NCBI GenBank assembly: GCA_965215265.1
Contig: OZ244048.1
Location: 1,216,001 to 1,280,000 of the forward strand
DNA length: 64,000 nucleotides
Direction of reading: 5' to 3'
From: Candidatus Poribacteria bacterium
GTDB taxonomy: Bacteria > Poribacteria > WGA-4E > WGA-3G
A program made the position numbers and the translations under genes. Position 1 is the stretch's first letter. Each line of letters begins with the position of its first letter. The notes under the pieces are model-generated. The model was not told the origin of the DNA. It worked only from the letters and a program-made list of their open reading frames with translations, and did not search any database. Below are positions 29,402 to 39,700 of this stretch, piece by piece.

Positions 29402-32400
29402 TCACCTCTGGATGAACATTTTCCGTGTTGCGCTGTAACCGCCGGCTTCAATGGAGTAGAAGTAGACTCCGCTTGCGACGGGTTCGCCTATGGTGTTTCG
29501 TCCGTCCCAGTAGGCAGTATGTGCCCCCGGTCGTTGATTGCTAATTATCTCAAGATGGACGCGTCTGCCTTGTGCATCATAAATTGAGAGAGTGACGTGT
29601 GCCGCTGTGGCGAGCTGGTACGGAATCCACGTCTCAGGATTGAAAGGGTTCGGGAAATTCTGTCCGAGGTGGTTAATTTTGTTGTAAGTGCGGTCTTGCC
29701 AATCGATTTCCGTGTCAATGCTCGTCTCCTCCGTAAATTCTACAGAGAGGGCGAAACGGTGTGGATGCACCTGGAAAATGCGGAGTTGATACAGATCAGC
29801 GACGTAGAGCGTGTTTTCTATCAGTTTGAATTCATACGGGAATCGGAGTTGGTTAAACTGGGAGATAGCGGTAAGGGTGCGGGTATCAACAACCTGCAGG
29901 CTCTCTTTATCTAATAGATAGAGGTGTTCTCCTTGTATCTGTGCCTGAATTGGGAGGGCGTTAGTTGCGTATTGGTTTATTTGCTTGAGTTTGCGCGGTT
30001 CCGTGACATCGAGCACAATAACGCCGACGCGGCTATCTAAAAGGTAGGCGCGTTCCGGAGCAACGGAGACCCCGATGGCATTGCCTTGGGTGGTGTAAGT
30101 GGCGATGTGCTGTGGTGTTGGGGGGCGAGTCGTGTCGAAGATGTGCATGCCGCCTTCCAATGCAGCGACGTATGCCTGATTTTCAGCGTTAAGGGTGATG
30201 CGGTAGGCGCTTCCTCGCGCGGTGTGCTGAGACACAAGGCGGCTCTGCTGTGGAACTCGGATGTCCACGACTGTGAGGGTGCCAGTGCAGAGGTAGGCGT
30301 ATCCGTCGACAAGTGCGATATCAGTAACGGGATTGGCAGTCGGAATGTAGCTCAGAATTTTGTTTTCGAGAATATCAACGATGAACATGCCGTTATCGGC
30401 GGCAACGTATCCGAGTCCGTTCCGGACGCGAATGGTGGCAGCCGTGGCAGGGATGAGCAGTGTACGCGTTACGATGCCTTCATAAGGAGTTGTGAATTCG
30501 ACGGTTTTTATACCGCCTGCCCCGATTGCGATGTGGGCGGTGCGCTGTTGTGCTTGAACGACATCGAGTCCGTATGCTATGCCGCTTGATGCGTATCTGT
30601 TCATCCAGATTGGGGCATGAGGTATCCGAGTATCAATTGTCTGGATGCCGCCCTTTCCATCAGCGATGTAAGTGAAGTCATTCCAACGTGCTACGTCATT
30701 TGCATTTCCAGAGGTAGGTTGTGAGGAGATGCGCCTAGGTTGTTGTGCATCCCGCACGTCAATGATCTGAAGTCCTGCGTGCTGGTCAGTGAGGTAAACT
30801 GTCTGGTTATGCAACTGAATTCCGGTTGCAATGCCGGGGGTGTTTAAGTGTGAAAGGATTCTGGGTTGTTGTGGATTGGCGATGTTGAGAATGCGTAGAT
30901 TCCCACCTGCGATGTAACCGTAAAACGCGTCCACCTTAAAATCGTGTACGAAAACGGGAGTAATGCTTCGGGTGACGAAGTTGCCAAATGGGCTTGGATC
31001 TAAGATGTGCAGTCCTTGGGCGAGATCGCTGATGTAGACAGTGTTGTCTTTGATAGCAACGTTGATAGGGGTTCCGGCTGTTTTAAAGAAACGTCGGGGG
31101 CGAGGGGTTCCGATGTTCTCGGTATCGTGTTGGTTAAAGACGAGGAGCCCCCTTTCACTGTCGAGCACGTAGACGTTTCCGTCGGAGATCTGAACCTTTC
31201 GTGCGTCGATGAAGCCGCCCAGGGTTTTTACAATTTTCGGCGCAGTCGGTGGATGAAGGGAAATCAGTTGCACACCGTTTGCACCATCAGCTACGTACGC
31301 GGTATCGGCATCGACGACGACAGCTTGTGCCTTCCCCGGTGTAGCGATCTCACCGATGCGACGGGGTTGCGTCGGCTGTGTGAGCGAAAAGATTTCAAGT
31401 CCCCAGTCGCTGGTTGCATAGAGGTAAGGTTCGCCGGTTTCTGTCGGATAGATGAGAATGTCTTGATAATCACTAGCGAGGTGCAGTTGGGTCATGGGTT
31501 CAAGGACGTAGGAAATATTGGATTTCTTTAAGCTCTGTTGCGTTCGATTGCCGTAGGCGTAAGTTACCGTTTTGGGAGTTGTTTGCGATGGGATAGGGTG
31601 GCGTGTGATAGCAGGTTGCGGCTCAAAGTTTTGCGCGCCGCTTATTTGTGGGGCTGCACTATAGCGGAGCATCTGCGGTGTATCTGCTGTTACCATCAGT
31701 AGGATTTGACTGCTGCGCGGTAGACCTTCAAACCGGATTCTGCCGCTGTTTTGTGCGTTAAATTGGATGCGCCTAATGTTTGACGGCATGTTCGGTTTGA
31801 GAGCGAGGGTTGTGGCGTAGAGATGTGCACCATCTACATCAACGGTTTCTCCGACTAGGGTGATGTCGAGGCTTTGGGGCAGATTTTGGAAGAGAAAATA
31901 GTGTGCTCCCCAATTGGCAATCGGGATGTTTCCTGCAGAATTGGGATAATTGCTGATACGTTGAATTGGTGCCGTGACTTTCCGGTTTGGCAGGTGTTGG
32001 TAGCCGAGTTGCTTACTGTGAGTTGGACTGTTAAACCAGTTGGTGAGTCCCCATTTTAGAAAAACGTCTACAAACCTATCATTGGTACTGTGCAGTTTGA
32101 GGGCGTTATCAATGGCTTGTTGACCGAGAGTGTCTTGTTCGATAATGGCGCGAATAATAGGCACGCCTCCGTACTGTTCATAGAGGTAGAGGAGCAGCAT
32201 GAAAGAGCCCCCATAATAGACATCTGATGTGTTTGCGTAGGGGAGCGGGACATCAGGAGATTCAAGATATCCGTCGACAAAAATGTTATGTACGGTGCCG
32301 TAGACTGCCCATTCAATAAAAGAGGCGGTGCCTTCCTCTAACCACCTTTGATCTATGGTGCCACCGTTCTGGTGCCAGTTGACAAGATGCGCGAATTCAT

Positions 32401-32971
32401 GGGCAAGGCTGCTATAAAAGGTGTGTCGATCGCGTTCTCTGAATTGGTAGATGTCCATGAACAGCATTTCGCGTTGATTGCTGTTGCGGGCTGTTGGTAG
32501 CTGATCTTCGGGTGCGAAATAGCCGCCGTAATCGCGCGCTGATTGGTTCATACCGACATCGTGCATTAATACGGTGATACGGTTGTCCCGGTCGATGCCG
32601 GGGCGGGCTTCAGTGCCCATCCACTCTCTGACTTTTGGATAGATGCGCTGGTCAAATTCAGCTGCGATAGCGGTGGCATCTACTTGTGTGAAGAGGAGCT
32701 GGACGCTATTTTCGACATAGATATAGATGTGTTTGCCGATTGCGACGCATGTCGCTTGCACCTCCATCTTAGGGATGTGGATGAAAAACTGGTCTATTTG
32801 TCCGAGTTGTACGGGTGCGGCGGGTGCGGCGGGTGCGGTCCGTGTGTGTTGATGCTGTAGCGAGTAGGATGTATCAGTAATAAGCAGTGGTGTTCCACAC
32901 AGCCACGGTTCTGCGTGTGCTGGGAAAACCGTTGCGATAAAAATTAAGGTGATGAATATGTGTCGCAGCAT
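29402..32971 (-). CDS. Secreted zinc metallopeptidase with LVIVD repeats and FlgD-Ig-like C-terminal domain
   Basis: Signal peptide, AHEFAH...WLEEG, many AYVA-G--GL-IID repeats, QNFPNPFNPETWIPYQL...ASGVYFY. Confidence 0.88.
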   Translation of the reverse strand: MLRHIFITLIFIATVFPAHAEPWLCGTPLLITDTSYSLQHQHTRTAPAAPAAPVQLGQIDQFFIHIPKMEVQATCVAIGKHIYIYVENSVQLLFTQVDATAIAAEFDQRIYPKVREWMGTEARPGIDRDNRITVLMHDVGMNQSARDYGGYFAPEDQLPTARNSNQREMLFMDIYQFRERDRHTFYSSLAHEFAHLVNWHQNGGTIDQRWLEEGTASFIEWAVYGTVHNIFVDGYLESPDVPLPYANTSDVYYGGSFMLLLYLYEQYGGVPIIRAIIEQDTLGQQAIDNALKLHSTNDRFVDVFLKWGLTNWFNSPTHSKQLGYQHLPNRKVTAPIQRISNYPNSAGNIPIANWGAHYFLFQNLPQSLDITLVGETVDVDGAHLYATTLALKPNMPSNIRRIQFNAQNSGRIRFEGLPRSSQILLMVTADTPQMLRYSAAPQISGAQNFEPQPAITRHPIPSQTTPKTVTYAYGNRTQQSLKKSNISYVLEPMTQLHLASDYQDILIYPTETGEPYLYATSDWGLEIFSLTQPTQPRRIGEIATPGKAQAVVVDADTAYVADGANGVQLISLHPPTAPKIVKTLGGFIDARKVQISDGNVYVLDSERGLLVFNQHDTENIGTPRPRRFFKTAGTPINVAIKDNTVYISDLAQGLHILDPSPFGNFVTRSITPVFVHDFKVDAFYGYIAGGNLRILNIANPQQPRILSHLNTPGIATGIQLHNQTVYLTDQHAGLQIIDVRDAQQPRRISSQPTSGNANDVARWNDFTYIADGKGGIQTIDTRIPHAPIWMNRYASSGIAYGLDVVQAQQRTAHIAIGAGGIKTVEFTTPYEGIVTRTLLIPATAATIRVRNGLGYVAADNGMFIVDILENKILSYIPTANPVTDIALVDGYAYLCTGTLTVVDIRVPQQSRLVSQHTARGSAYRITLNAENQAYVAALEGGMHIFDTTRPPTPQHIATYTTQGNAIGVSVAPERAYLLDSRVGVIVLDVTEPRKLKQINQYATNALPIQAQIQGEHLYLLDKESLQVVDTRTLTAISQFNQLRFPYEFKLIENTLYVADLYQLRIFQVHPHRFALSVEFTEETSIDTEIDWQDRTYNKINHLGQNFPNPFNPETWIPYQLATAAHVTLSIYDAQGRRVHLEIISNQRPGAHTAYWDGRNTIGEPVASGVYFYSIEAGGYSATRKMFIQR

Positions 32972-32994
32972 CAGAAATCTCCGAATTTTATGGT

Positions 32995-33082
32995 AGTATA
33001 CCTTAAACGGTTTGCAATGTCAAGGGCAATCTGGGAGGGATTTCAATCAGGATTTGACATTGCAGCGTCGCTGTGCTATACT
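32995..33082. promoter_or_regulatory. Back-to-back divergent sigma70 promoters
   Basis: TTGACA-17-TATACT on minus (33023-32995) and on plus (33054-33082). Confidence 0.7.
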
Positions 33083-33157
33083 GATAGCATTGCTATATTT
33101 TGTCTATTTTTCTATTACTTCTCATTGAGTGTGGTTTATCGCTTTAATGGAAAAAAT

Positions 33158-33577
33158 ATGAAATCTTATGAATACCTTGAACACACCGCGGATATGGGGC
33201 TAAGGGTTTTTGGCGAGAATTTGTACGCGCTCTTCACGAACGCTGCACAAGGGCTTTTTGAGACGATAGCGGTGGTCGAAACAATTGATGAAATAGAATG
33301 TGTGTGTATCGACGTGACGGCGGCATCTGTTGAGGAGTTGTTCGTGGCATGGCTTGATGAATTGAATTTTCGGCATGAGACGGAAGAGGTGTTCTTTAGG
33401 CGGGCGCGGGTGCTTCAGTGTAGCGAAACAGAGATATCTGCGGAGGTTTATGGAGAATCGGCAAATTTTGAGAAACACCAGGTCTACACGGAAATAAAAA
33501 GTGTGACGTATCATCAACTGCAGGTTGCCCAAAAACCAGATAAGAGTTGGGTCGCCCAGGTAATTTTTGATCTGTAG
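33158..33577 (+). CDS. Archease
   Basis: YEYLEHTADMG, EIKSVTYH, terminal IFDL. Confidence 0.93.
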   Translation: MKSYEYLEHTADMGLRVFGENLYALFTNAAQGLFETIAVVETIDEIECVCIDVTAASVEELFVAWLDELNFRHETEEVFFRRARVLQCSETEISAEVYGESANFEKHQVYTEIKSVTYHQLQVAQKPDKSWVAQVIFDL

Positions 33578-33621
33578 GAGTGGTGTTTTAGGTTGAAAAG
33601 ATTATGCAGTAGCCATAAGGG

Positions 33622-33826
33622 TTCGTATATCTCCGTACGATCAACGCCCAGTGGGTTGCGAGATAGGTATTCTTTCTCGCAACTTATGTAATAATAACTC
33701 GTGTGTAAATCTCGTCGGAGATGACTTAGATAATGTCTTTAAAAATCAAAACATCAAAAGGCTCTGGCGAGATTTGTAAAGGGTTTAACATTGCAGCAGC
33801 CTTTAGCGGGCTCCTGTAGACGAAAA
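33622..33826. repeat. Composite repeat: inverted A arm (with nested B) plus C arm
   Basis: TTCGTATATCTCCGTAC...ATCTCGTCGGAG spacer CTCTGGCGAGATTT...GTAGACGAAAA. Confidence 0.85.
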
Positions 33827-33831
33827 TAGGA

Positions 33832-35550
33832 TTAATTTCCGTGTGAATGTTCGCCTTCCTTAATGCGGAGATGCTGGTTCGGTTTTATGTTTTGGAGGAT
33901 GTCCACGGTGCCGCTTGGCCAGACAACATCAATTTTCTCAATCGTGCTGTCAGTATTTATGCCGAAGATAGCAGTGAATTCACTCTGGGAGCAGTAGCTT
34001 GAACCGCTCTTGACGGTTTTTGTCTGTGTTCTGCTCGGTGAGGTGAGGTGAATCTGTGTACCGATTCCGTCTCTATTACTTTTTTTGCCGATGAGTTGTA
34101 TTTTAATCCATGCATTTCGGTTTCCGCCATCGTTACGGAAAAGATGGGCGGGCCCATTGGAACTCGTGATGAGTAAATCCCAGTCGCCATCGTTATCAAT
34201 ATCTCCATAGGCGGCACCTCTACCGACGATGGGGTTGCCGAGCGCAGTACCAACTTCGGTGCGTGCCTCCCTGAATTTTCCGTTTGCTTGGTTATGAAAG
34301 AGATGTGGTGGTTGTGCGTAGGTGACATCGGTTTGTATGGCGTTAATGTCGGTTTCTACGTGGCCGTTTGCAGTGAAGATGTCAAGATTCCCGTCCAGAT
34401 CGAAGTCGAAGAAGAAGCATGCAAAGGTAAGCGTTAAGAGTGTCGCGTTGCCGATGTGCGCAACTGGGGCATCGTCGATAAAGAAGTCTCCTTCGTTGTG
34501 ATAGAGGTTAATCATTTCATTGGAGAAATTGCCGATAATGAGGCTTTCCCTACCACTGTTGTCGTAGTCGGCGGCATCGATACCCATTGCACCGGTCGCG
34601 ACTCCGTTTTCGTTATAAGCGATTCCGGCGAGCATTGCGGCTTCGATGAAAGTACCGTCGCCGTTGTTCTGGTAGAGTTTATTGGGTTGTGTATCGTTTG
34701 CTTCGAAGATGTCTGGCCATCCGTCGCTGTTATAATCGAAGATGCAAACGCCGAGGGATTTGCTGGTTTTATCCTCAATTCGTGCGATGCGTGAGACATC
34801 AAGGAAAGTGCCGTCGCCACGGTTTCTGAAGAGTTTGCTTGTCTGTCCGGTGTAGGATTCGGGAGTACAATAGGATTTATGTGTGCCGTCTAGGGTGCAA
34901 AAAAGGTCGGTTTCTATGCTCCATTCGACATAGTTCGCCACGTAGAGGTCAAGATGCCCATCTTTATTGTAGTCTACCCATGCACAACTCGTGCCGAATC
35001 CGGGGTTATAAATGCCGGCGTTTTCTGTCACGTCAATGAAGGTGCTATTTCCGCTGTTTTGAAAGAGCCGGTCGTTTTCGAGGCAGCTGATGTAGATATC
35101 CGCATCGCTGTCGTTATCATAGTCAGCAACGGCTATTCCCATGCCGTAGAGTGGGATGTTAAGCCCTACGTTTTCGGTGACATCGATGAAGGTGCCGTCT
35201 CGATTATTACGGTAGAGTGCCATAGTCTGACGTTTTCCGGTTGGGTGTCCTTCCCAATCCTTTCCGTTGACGAGGAGGATATCCATCCATCCGTCGGTAT
35301 CGTAGTCAATAAAGGCACAACCTGAGCCCATTGTTTCGGGCAGGTATTTTTTGCCGAAGGCACCGTTATTGTGGATGAAGTCGATGCCAGCTGTCTGAGT
35401 GATTTCGGTGAATTGCGGCAAGGATTGCGCGCGGCTCGTGAGGGGTGAAGAGATAGTAACAAGCAGCGTGGTTACCATTCCTAATTGAACAGACATAAAC
35501 CAGGTTCGCTGCCAAAATACTTGCGGTGAGATGGGTGCCGTGACGTTCAT
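33832..35550 (-). CDS. CRTAC1-family FG-GAP repeat / ASPIC-UnbV protein
   Basis: Repeated DYDxDGxxD and LY/FxNxGDGTF; NRDGIG, SGSSYCSQS, VVWPSG; start uncertain. Confidence 0.9.
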   Translation of the reverse strand: MNVTAPISPQVFWQRTWFMSVQLGMVTTLLVTISSPLTSRAQSLPQFTEITQTAGIDFIHNNGAFGKKYLPETMGSGCAFIDYDTDGWMDILLVNGKDWEGHPTGKRQTMALYRNNRDGTFIDVTENVGLNIPLYGMGIAVADYDNDSDADIYISCLENDRLFQNSGNSTFIDVTENAGIYNPGFGTSCAWVDYNKDGHLDLYVANYVEWSIETDLFCTLDGTHKSYCTPESYTGQTSKLFRNRGDGTFLDVSRIARIEDKTSKSLGVCIFDYNSDGWPDIFEANDTQPNKLYQNNGDGTFIEAAMLAGIAYNENGVATGAMGIDAADYDNSGRESLIIGNFSNEMINLYHNEGDFFIDDAPVAHIGNATLLTLTFACFFFDFDLDGNLDIFTANGHVETDINAIQTDVTYAQPPHLFHNQANGKFREARTEVGTALGNPIVGRGAAYGDIDNDGDWDLLITSSNGPAHLFRNDGGNRNAWIKIQLIGKKSNRDGIGTQIHLTSPSRTQTKTVKSGSSYCSQSEFTAIFGINTDSTIEKIDVVWPSGTVDILQNIKPNQHLRIKEGEHSHGN

Positions 35551-35565
35551 GCTAAACTTTCCTTC

Positions 35566-35903
35566 TTCTGTATACAGGAGCCCAATAAAGGCTGCTGCTA
35601 TGTCAAATCCTGTGTACATCTCGTCGGAGACTTTTGATGCTATGAATCTAAACATCGGAAAACTCCGACGAGATTTTTCGTATATTTCAGCCCAATAAAG
35701 GCTGCTGCTATGTCAAATCCTGTGTACATCTCGTCAGAGACTTTTGATGCTATGAATCTAAACATCGGAAAACTCCGACGATCTATAGATTGGCAGGATA
35801 AGGTAATCTTGTCTCATGGACAGACAAAGCATACCGAACCTGCCAAGATTTACACACGAACTATCAAAGCATAAGCGTTTATGGTACGGAGATATACTAA
35901 AAA
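35566..35903. repeat. Composite A/B/C repeat cluster with ~93-bp tandem duplication
   Basis: 35579-35671 repeated at 35689-35781; a B hairpin lies inside the A arm. Confidence 0.85.
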
Positions 35904-35942
35904 TAGAGGCATTTTGTAAAACCTAAATGCGTTTTGTATCCA

Positions 35943-36659
35943 TCAGCGTTTGATGTAGGGTGCGGCTTGTGCACTGCTCTTAAGGATGCCCCATGTGGTA
36001 GCAAGTTTTCCGCGCGATGCGACGGGACGTGGTTTACCAGGACCTCCGTTGCGGATATTCTGCCCAGTGATTTCGACATCATCAAAACGGGCTTGTCCAT
36101 CTGTTACAACAAGTCCGGCTTGTCCACCTTTTAAGGGTGCATCGTCAATAGTGGTGAACACGTCCTCGTCAACCTTAAATTCCAGGGTGCCATCTTCGTA
36201 AACAGTGGCAGTCAGTTCGTACCACGTATCAATTTCTGCTGAGAACGGGTAGGTGACCCAGAACCAATCATTAGGAAGTGCCTTGACAATTCGGACATAG
36301 CCCAAAAGGTAGTCAATAAAGAATAGATAGCGGGTATCTTCTTCTCCTCTATCGTGGAGGGTAAGTCCAATGCTTGGCGGTTCGTTCTTTTCTTGAACGA
36401 GTTTGGCCCGGCAGGAGAGAGAGTAGTATCTCCATGTGAGCTCTCCAGTGAGCCAGAGGCTCATGAACCCGGGCTGAAAAATTTCACCGACAGCTTCACC
36501 GTCATTAAGCCACCATTTTTCAACCTGCCGGTCAATGTTAAAAATTTTCCATTCGCGAGTGTCTTTGTCTTCAAAGTCGTCTCGCCACGTGCCAGCAATG
36601 CTGAGTGTGTTGAAAATAAGCATCGTGGTGAGAATTGTAAGAATGAGTTGTTTTTTCAC
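35943..36659 (-). CDS. Secreted DUF1080/concanavalin-like protein with KLATTWG tail
   Basis: Signal peptide, WRDDFED, ARFDDVEITG, RPVASRGKLATTWGILK. Confidence 0.8.
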   Translation of the reverse strand: MKKQLILTILTTMLIFNTLSIAGTWRDDFEDKDTREWKIFNIDRQVEKWWLNDGEAVGEIFQPGFMSLWLTGELTWRYYSLSCRAKLVQEKNEPPSIGLTLHDRGEEDTRYLFFIDYLLGYVRIVKALPNDWFWVTYPFSAEIDTWYELTATVYEDGTLEFKVDEDVFTTIDDAPLKGGQAGLVVTDGQARFDDVEITGQNIRNGGPGKPRPVASRGKLATTWGILKSSAQAAPYIKR

Positions 36660-36713
36660 AGTTTCTTCCGCTCTCTTGGGGCCGCGGTGCTTGCCGAGGT
36701 TTGGAGAGCCCTC

Positions 36714-39700
36714 CTATGACGTAGTTATTATACATCGTTGGTTGAGATTGTCATCTGCATACGGACAGGAAGGACAATGTGAGGGGTTCTTTAGATAAGT
36801 ACTGAGCTGTAGGCTCGCAATTGTTTCTGTCCAACGGTTGGCAAGTTGCTGTAATTCATTACGACTAAATTGCAAAGGCACCGACTGATTTAGGTGGGTA
36901 AAGAAGAGATTGATGGTCAGTTCTGGTTGTTCGGGATAACTTCGATGCACAAGCAAGGCATAAAGTTCCACTTGAGGTCGGTTTTCGTCGGTTAAAGCGA
37001 TAAGGCTCTCTTCGCCTGAATGCTCATCTACCGAGCTCAGAAGCGATGAAGTCATTCCTAATTTATCTACTGTACCAATTGTTTTGTAATCAATAGCCTG
37101 CCAGTGCCCTGTTGTTGGATGCTTAAAAAGCCGGTCGATTCTCCCGCCGATAATGTGTTCGCCAAGTTGTATGTGAATTTGTCGTTCGCAATAGGTTTGC
37201 TCAGATACGAGTGCAATTTGCCCAAGCTCAGACGTGAGAAACGCGTTGACATTTTCGCGGATGTCACTTCTGATGGATTCTTTGTAGTATTGTATTAGCC
37301 TCTCAAGTTGTCGGACATCGGTTTTCTGCCTGATTTGAGAGAGGATGTAGTGAACAGCACGCCCTGTTTCGGTCTCATCCCAATCCGGTGTGTCGGGTTG
37401 ATTCTGCGCTGTGCTGGGTTGGATAAATTCATTGCACTCGTCATTAATAGGGCGAATCGGGGGAATCCTAAGTACATTTTCAAGGTGGTACCGTAGCGGG
37501 CAACGAGCATAGTTGGAAAGTTCTGGGACGGAGAAGTATGCACCGGTAGTGCTTGGTGACAGCGGGGGTGCCGGAAGTTGTGACAATTCAGGCGAAATGA
37601 TTTCAGCCTGATTGGAGGCCGGTTCTGCGCTTTCTGGGAGGCACCGAATGATTGGGATTTCCAAGTTGAAGTGTTGTTGCTTTGTGCTGTTATCAGAAAA
37701 CGCCTCCAATTCAACAGGGATGCTGAGAGAAGTTTGTTGAGATAAACCGAGGTGTGTGCAGAGCGATTTTAGCATGCTTCGCGGTTTTTGGCTGTCGAAT
37801 AGGGTTCCGGATAAGATAAGCCGGTCGCTTGCGCGCGTTGTTCCAACGTAGAAAATTCGCTTCTTTTCGGCATCTGCTTTTGCGTTTGCGCGATTTTTCA
37901 TGAGTTTGATGATGCTTGGGTCACGTTTCTTGTAATCGTCATCTGGGTTAAGTGAAGTAAACCCGATGCCGCACTGTTCATCGATGAAAGGTTCCGTTTC
38001 AATTTGTCCACGTCTGTCAAGTCCGGGCAGAACCACTATTGGGAATTGAAGGCCCTTTGCTGCATGGATAGTCATTATTTGAACTGCTGTTCTATTCGCC
38101 TGAATTGGTGCTTGTCCTTCGCGGGGTTCCTCGTCCATTAAGATTGCCAGAAAATCAATAAAGCGCGTCAAGGTTTGGCTTCCGTCAAGGTTTGCATCCT
38201 CCTGCTGGAAATTTCGTGCGAGGTCTAATAGTTTTTGATAATTCGCCCATCTTTGTTGTCCTTGTGGTCCTGCTGTGATTGTTCCGATGATTCCTGTTTC
38301 CTGAACGATGGTTAAGATAAGTTGGTTTATCGGAATTCGTTGTGCAAGTTGTAGATGTTTTTTCAGGAGGCCTACTGCGAGCTGGAGGTTTTGTGAAGAT
38401 ATTTCGCTTTCGTCGGAGAGTTTTTTGCGAGGATTTTCCGGTGTTCCAATAACGTTATCTTGGGTGACTAGGTTTTGTAGACGCGCTTCAGTCTTCTCCC
38501 AAAAGCTGTCGCCGTGTTGCAGAGAAATCTCGTAGAGTTCCGTGTCGGAGATGCCGAAGAACGGGCCGCGTAAGATAGCGGCAAGTGCAACGTGGCTTTC
38601 AATGGGGGCATCTAGGAATTGGAGGTAGTTCCAAATATCGTAGATTTCTTGCCGCTGATAGAACCCGATACCGCCTGTGGTCAGGTAGGGTACCCCTTTG
38701 TCAAGAAGTGCGCGTTCAAGGTCGGGTAGATGTGTTCGATTACGGATGAGGATGGCGATGTCCCCGTATTCGATTTGACGTAAGCTTTCTCCATTTTCGT
38801 CTCGGTTGATAACAGCTACTTTTTCCGTTATCATGTTTTTTATACGGGTTGCGATGAGTTCATTTTCATTGACTCGTTCCTCACCTTTGTTGCCCAAAAT
38901 AATTTCTATGCTGCCATTTGCTACTGCCGATTCTGCTTCTGTCCCTAAAGGGGCGGTTCGTGCTTGGACGAGAGGTTCATACGCGACTTCAAATTCGCTT
39001 TCAGTTCCTTCATGCATCAACCGTTGAAAAAAGTAATTGACAAATCCGACATCATCGCGTAGTGAACGAAAATTCTCACTGAGGCTAACAGCCATGCCGT
39101 TGGATTCACAGATTTTTTCTCGGGTCTGGTTAAAAACGCGAATATCGGCACCGCGAAATCCGTAAATTCCTTGTTTCACGTCGCCAACGATGAAAAGATT
39201 TCCGTGTTGGAGTTTGTTCGTCAACAGCATGACAAGTTCAAACTGCAGCGGGTTTGTGTCTTGATATTCATCTATCATGAAGTATTTATAGCGGTTTTCC
39301 AAGGTCCGGCGAATCTCTTTATTCTCTTTGAGTAATTCCCGGGTTTTGAGCTGCAGGTCGGTGTAGTCCAGTTTGCCTTGTTCCAATTTCGCGCGTTGAT
39401 AGGCGGTTTCTATGTGGGTGTAGAGAGCCAGTAGGTGTCTGGTTGTCTGAATGAGTGCATCGTCATCGTCGTTAATCGGAGGCGTATTTCGGAGTTCTTT
39501 AGCAGCAGATCCAAGGAAGTTAATTTCGCTTTCGATGGCGGTTATATCGGTTCCCTTCCCGAGGAAATAATTTTTGGCAATTTTGCCGCTTTTGTTGAGA
39601 ATTAACTTTTCAATTTTTCGCAGTTGTTGCAGCTGCGTCGGTTTTGCGATGTCTGTATTCAGATTTGCTGTTAATTGGTCTGTTAGATTCCTAATTTCTG

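Noticed and set aside
35551-35655. N-terminal ORF extensions of the CRTAC1 (here), MFS (25721-25855) and M23 (55515-55598) genes
   Set aside because: They run through repeat sequence or an upstream gene, and better starts lie downstream.
35566-35903. CRISPR array
   Set aside because: There are no regular repeat-unique spacer units and no cas genes; it is a composite of dispersed repeats.
38390-38465. Decayed in-frame 84-nt element in the helicase (CTCCGACGA, ACCGGAAAA)
   Set aside because: The match is too short and gapped to support by eye.
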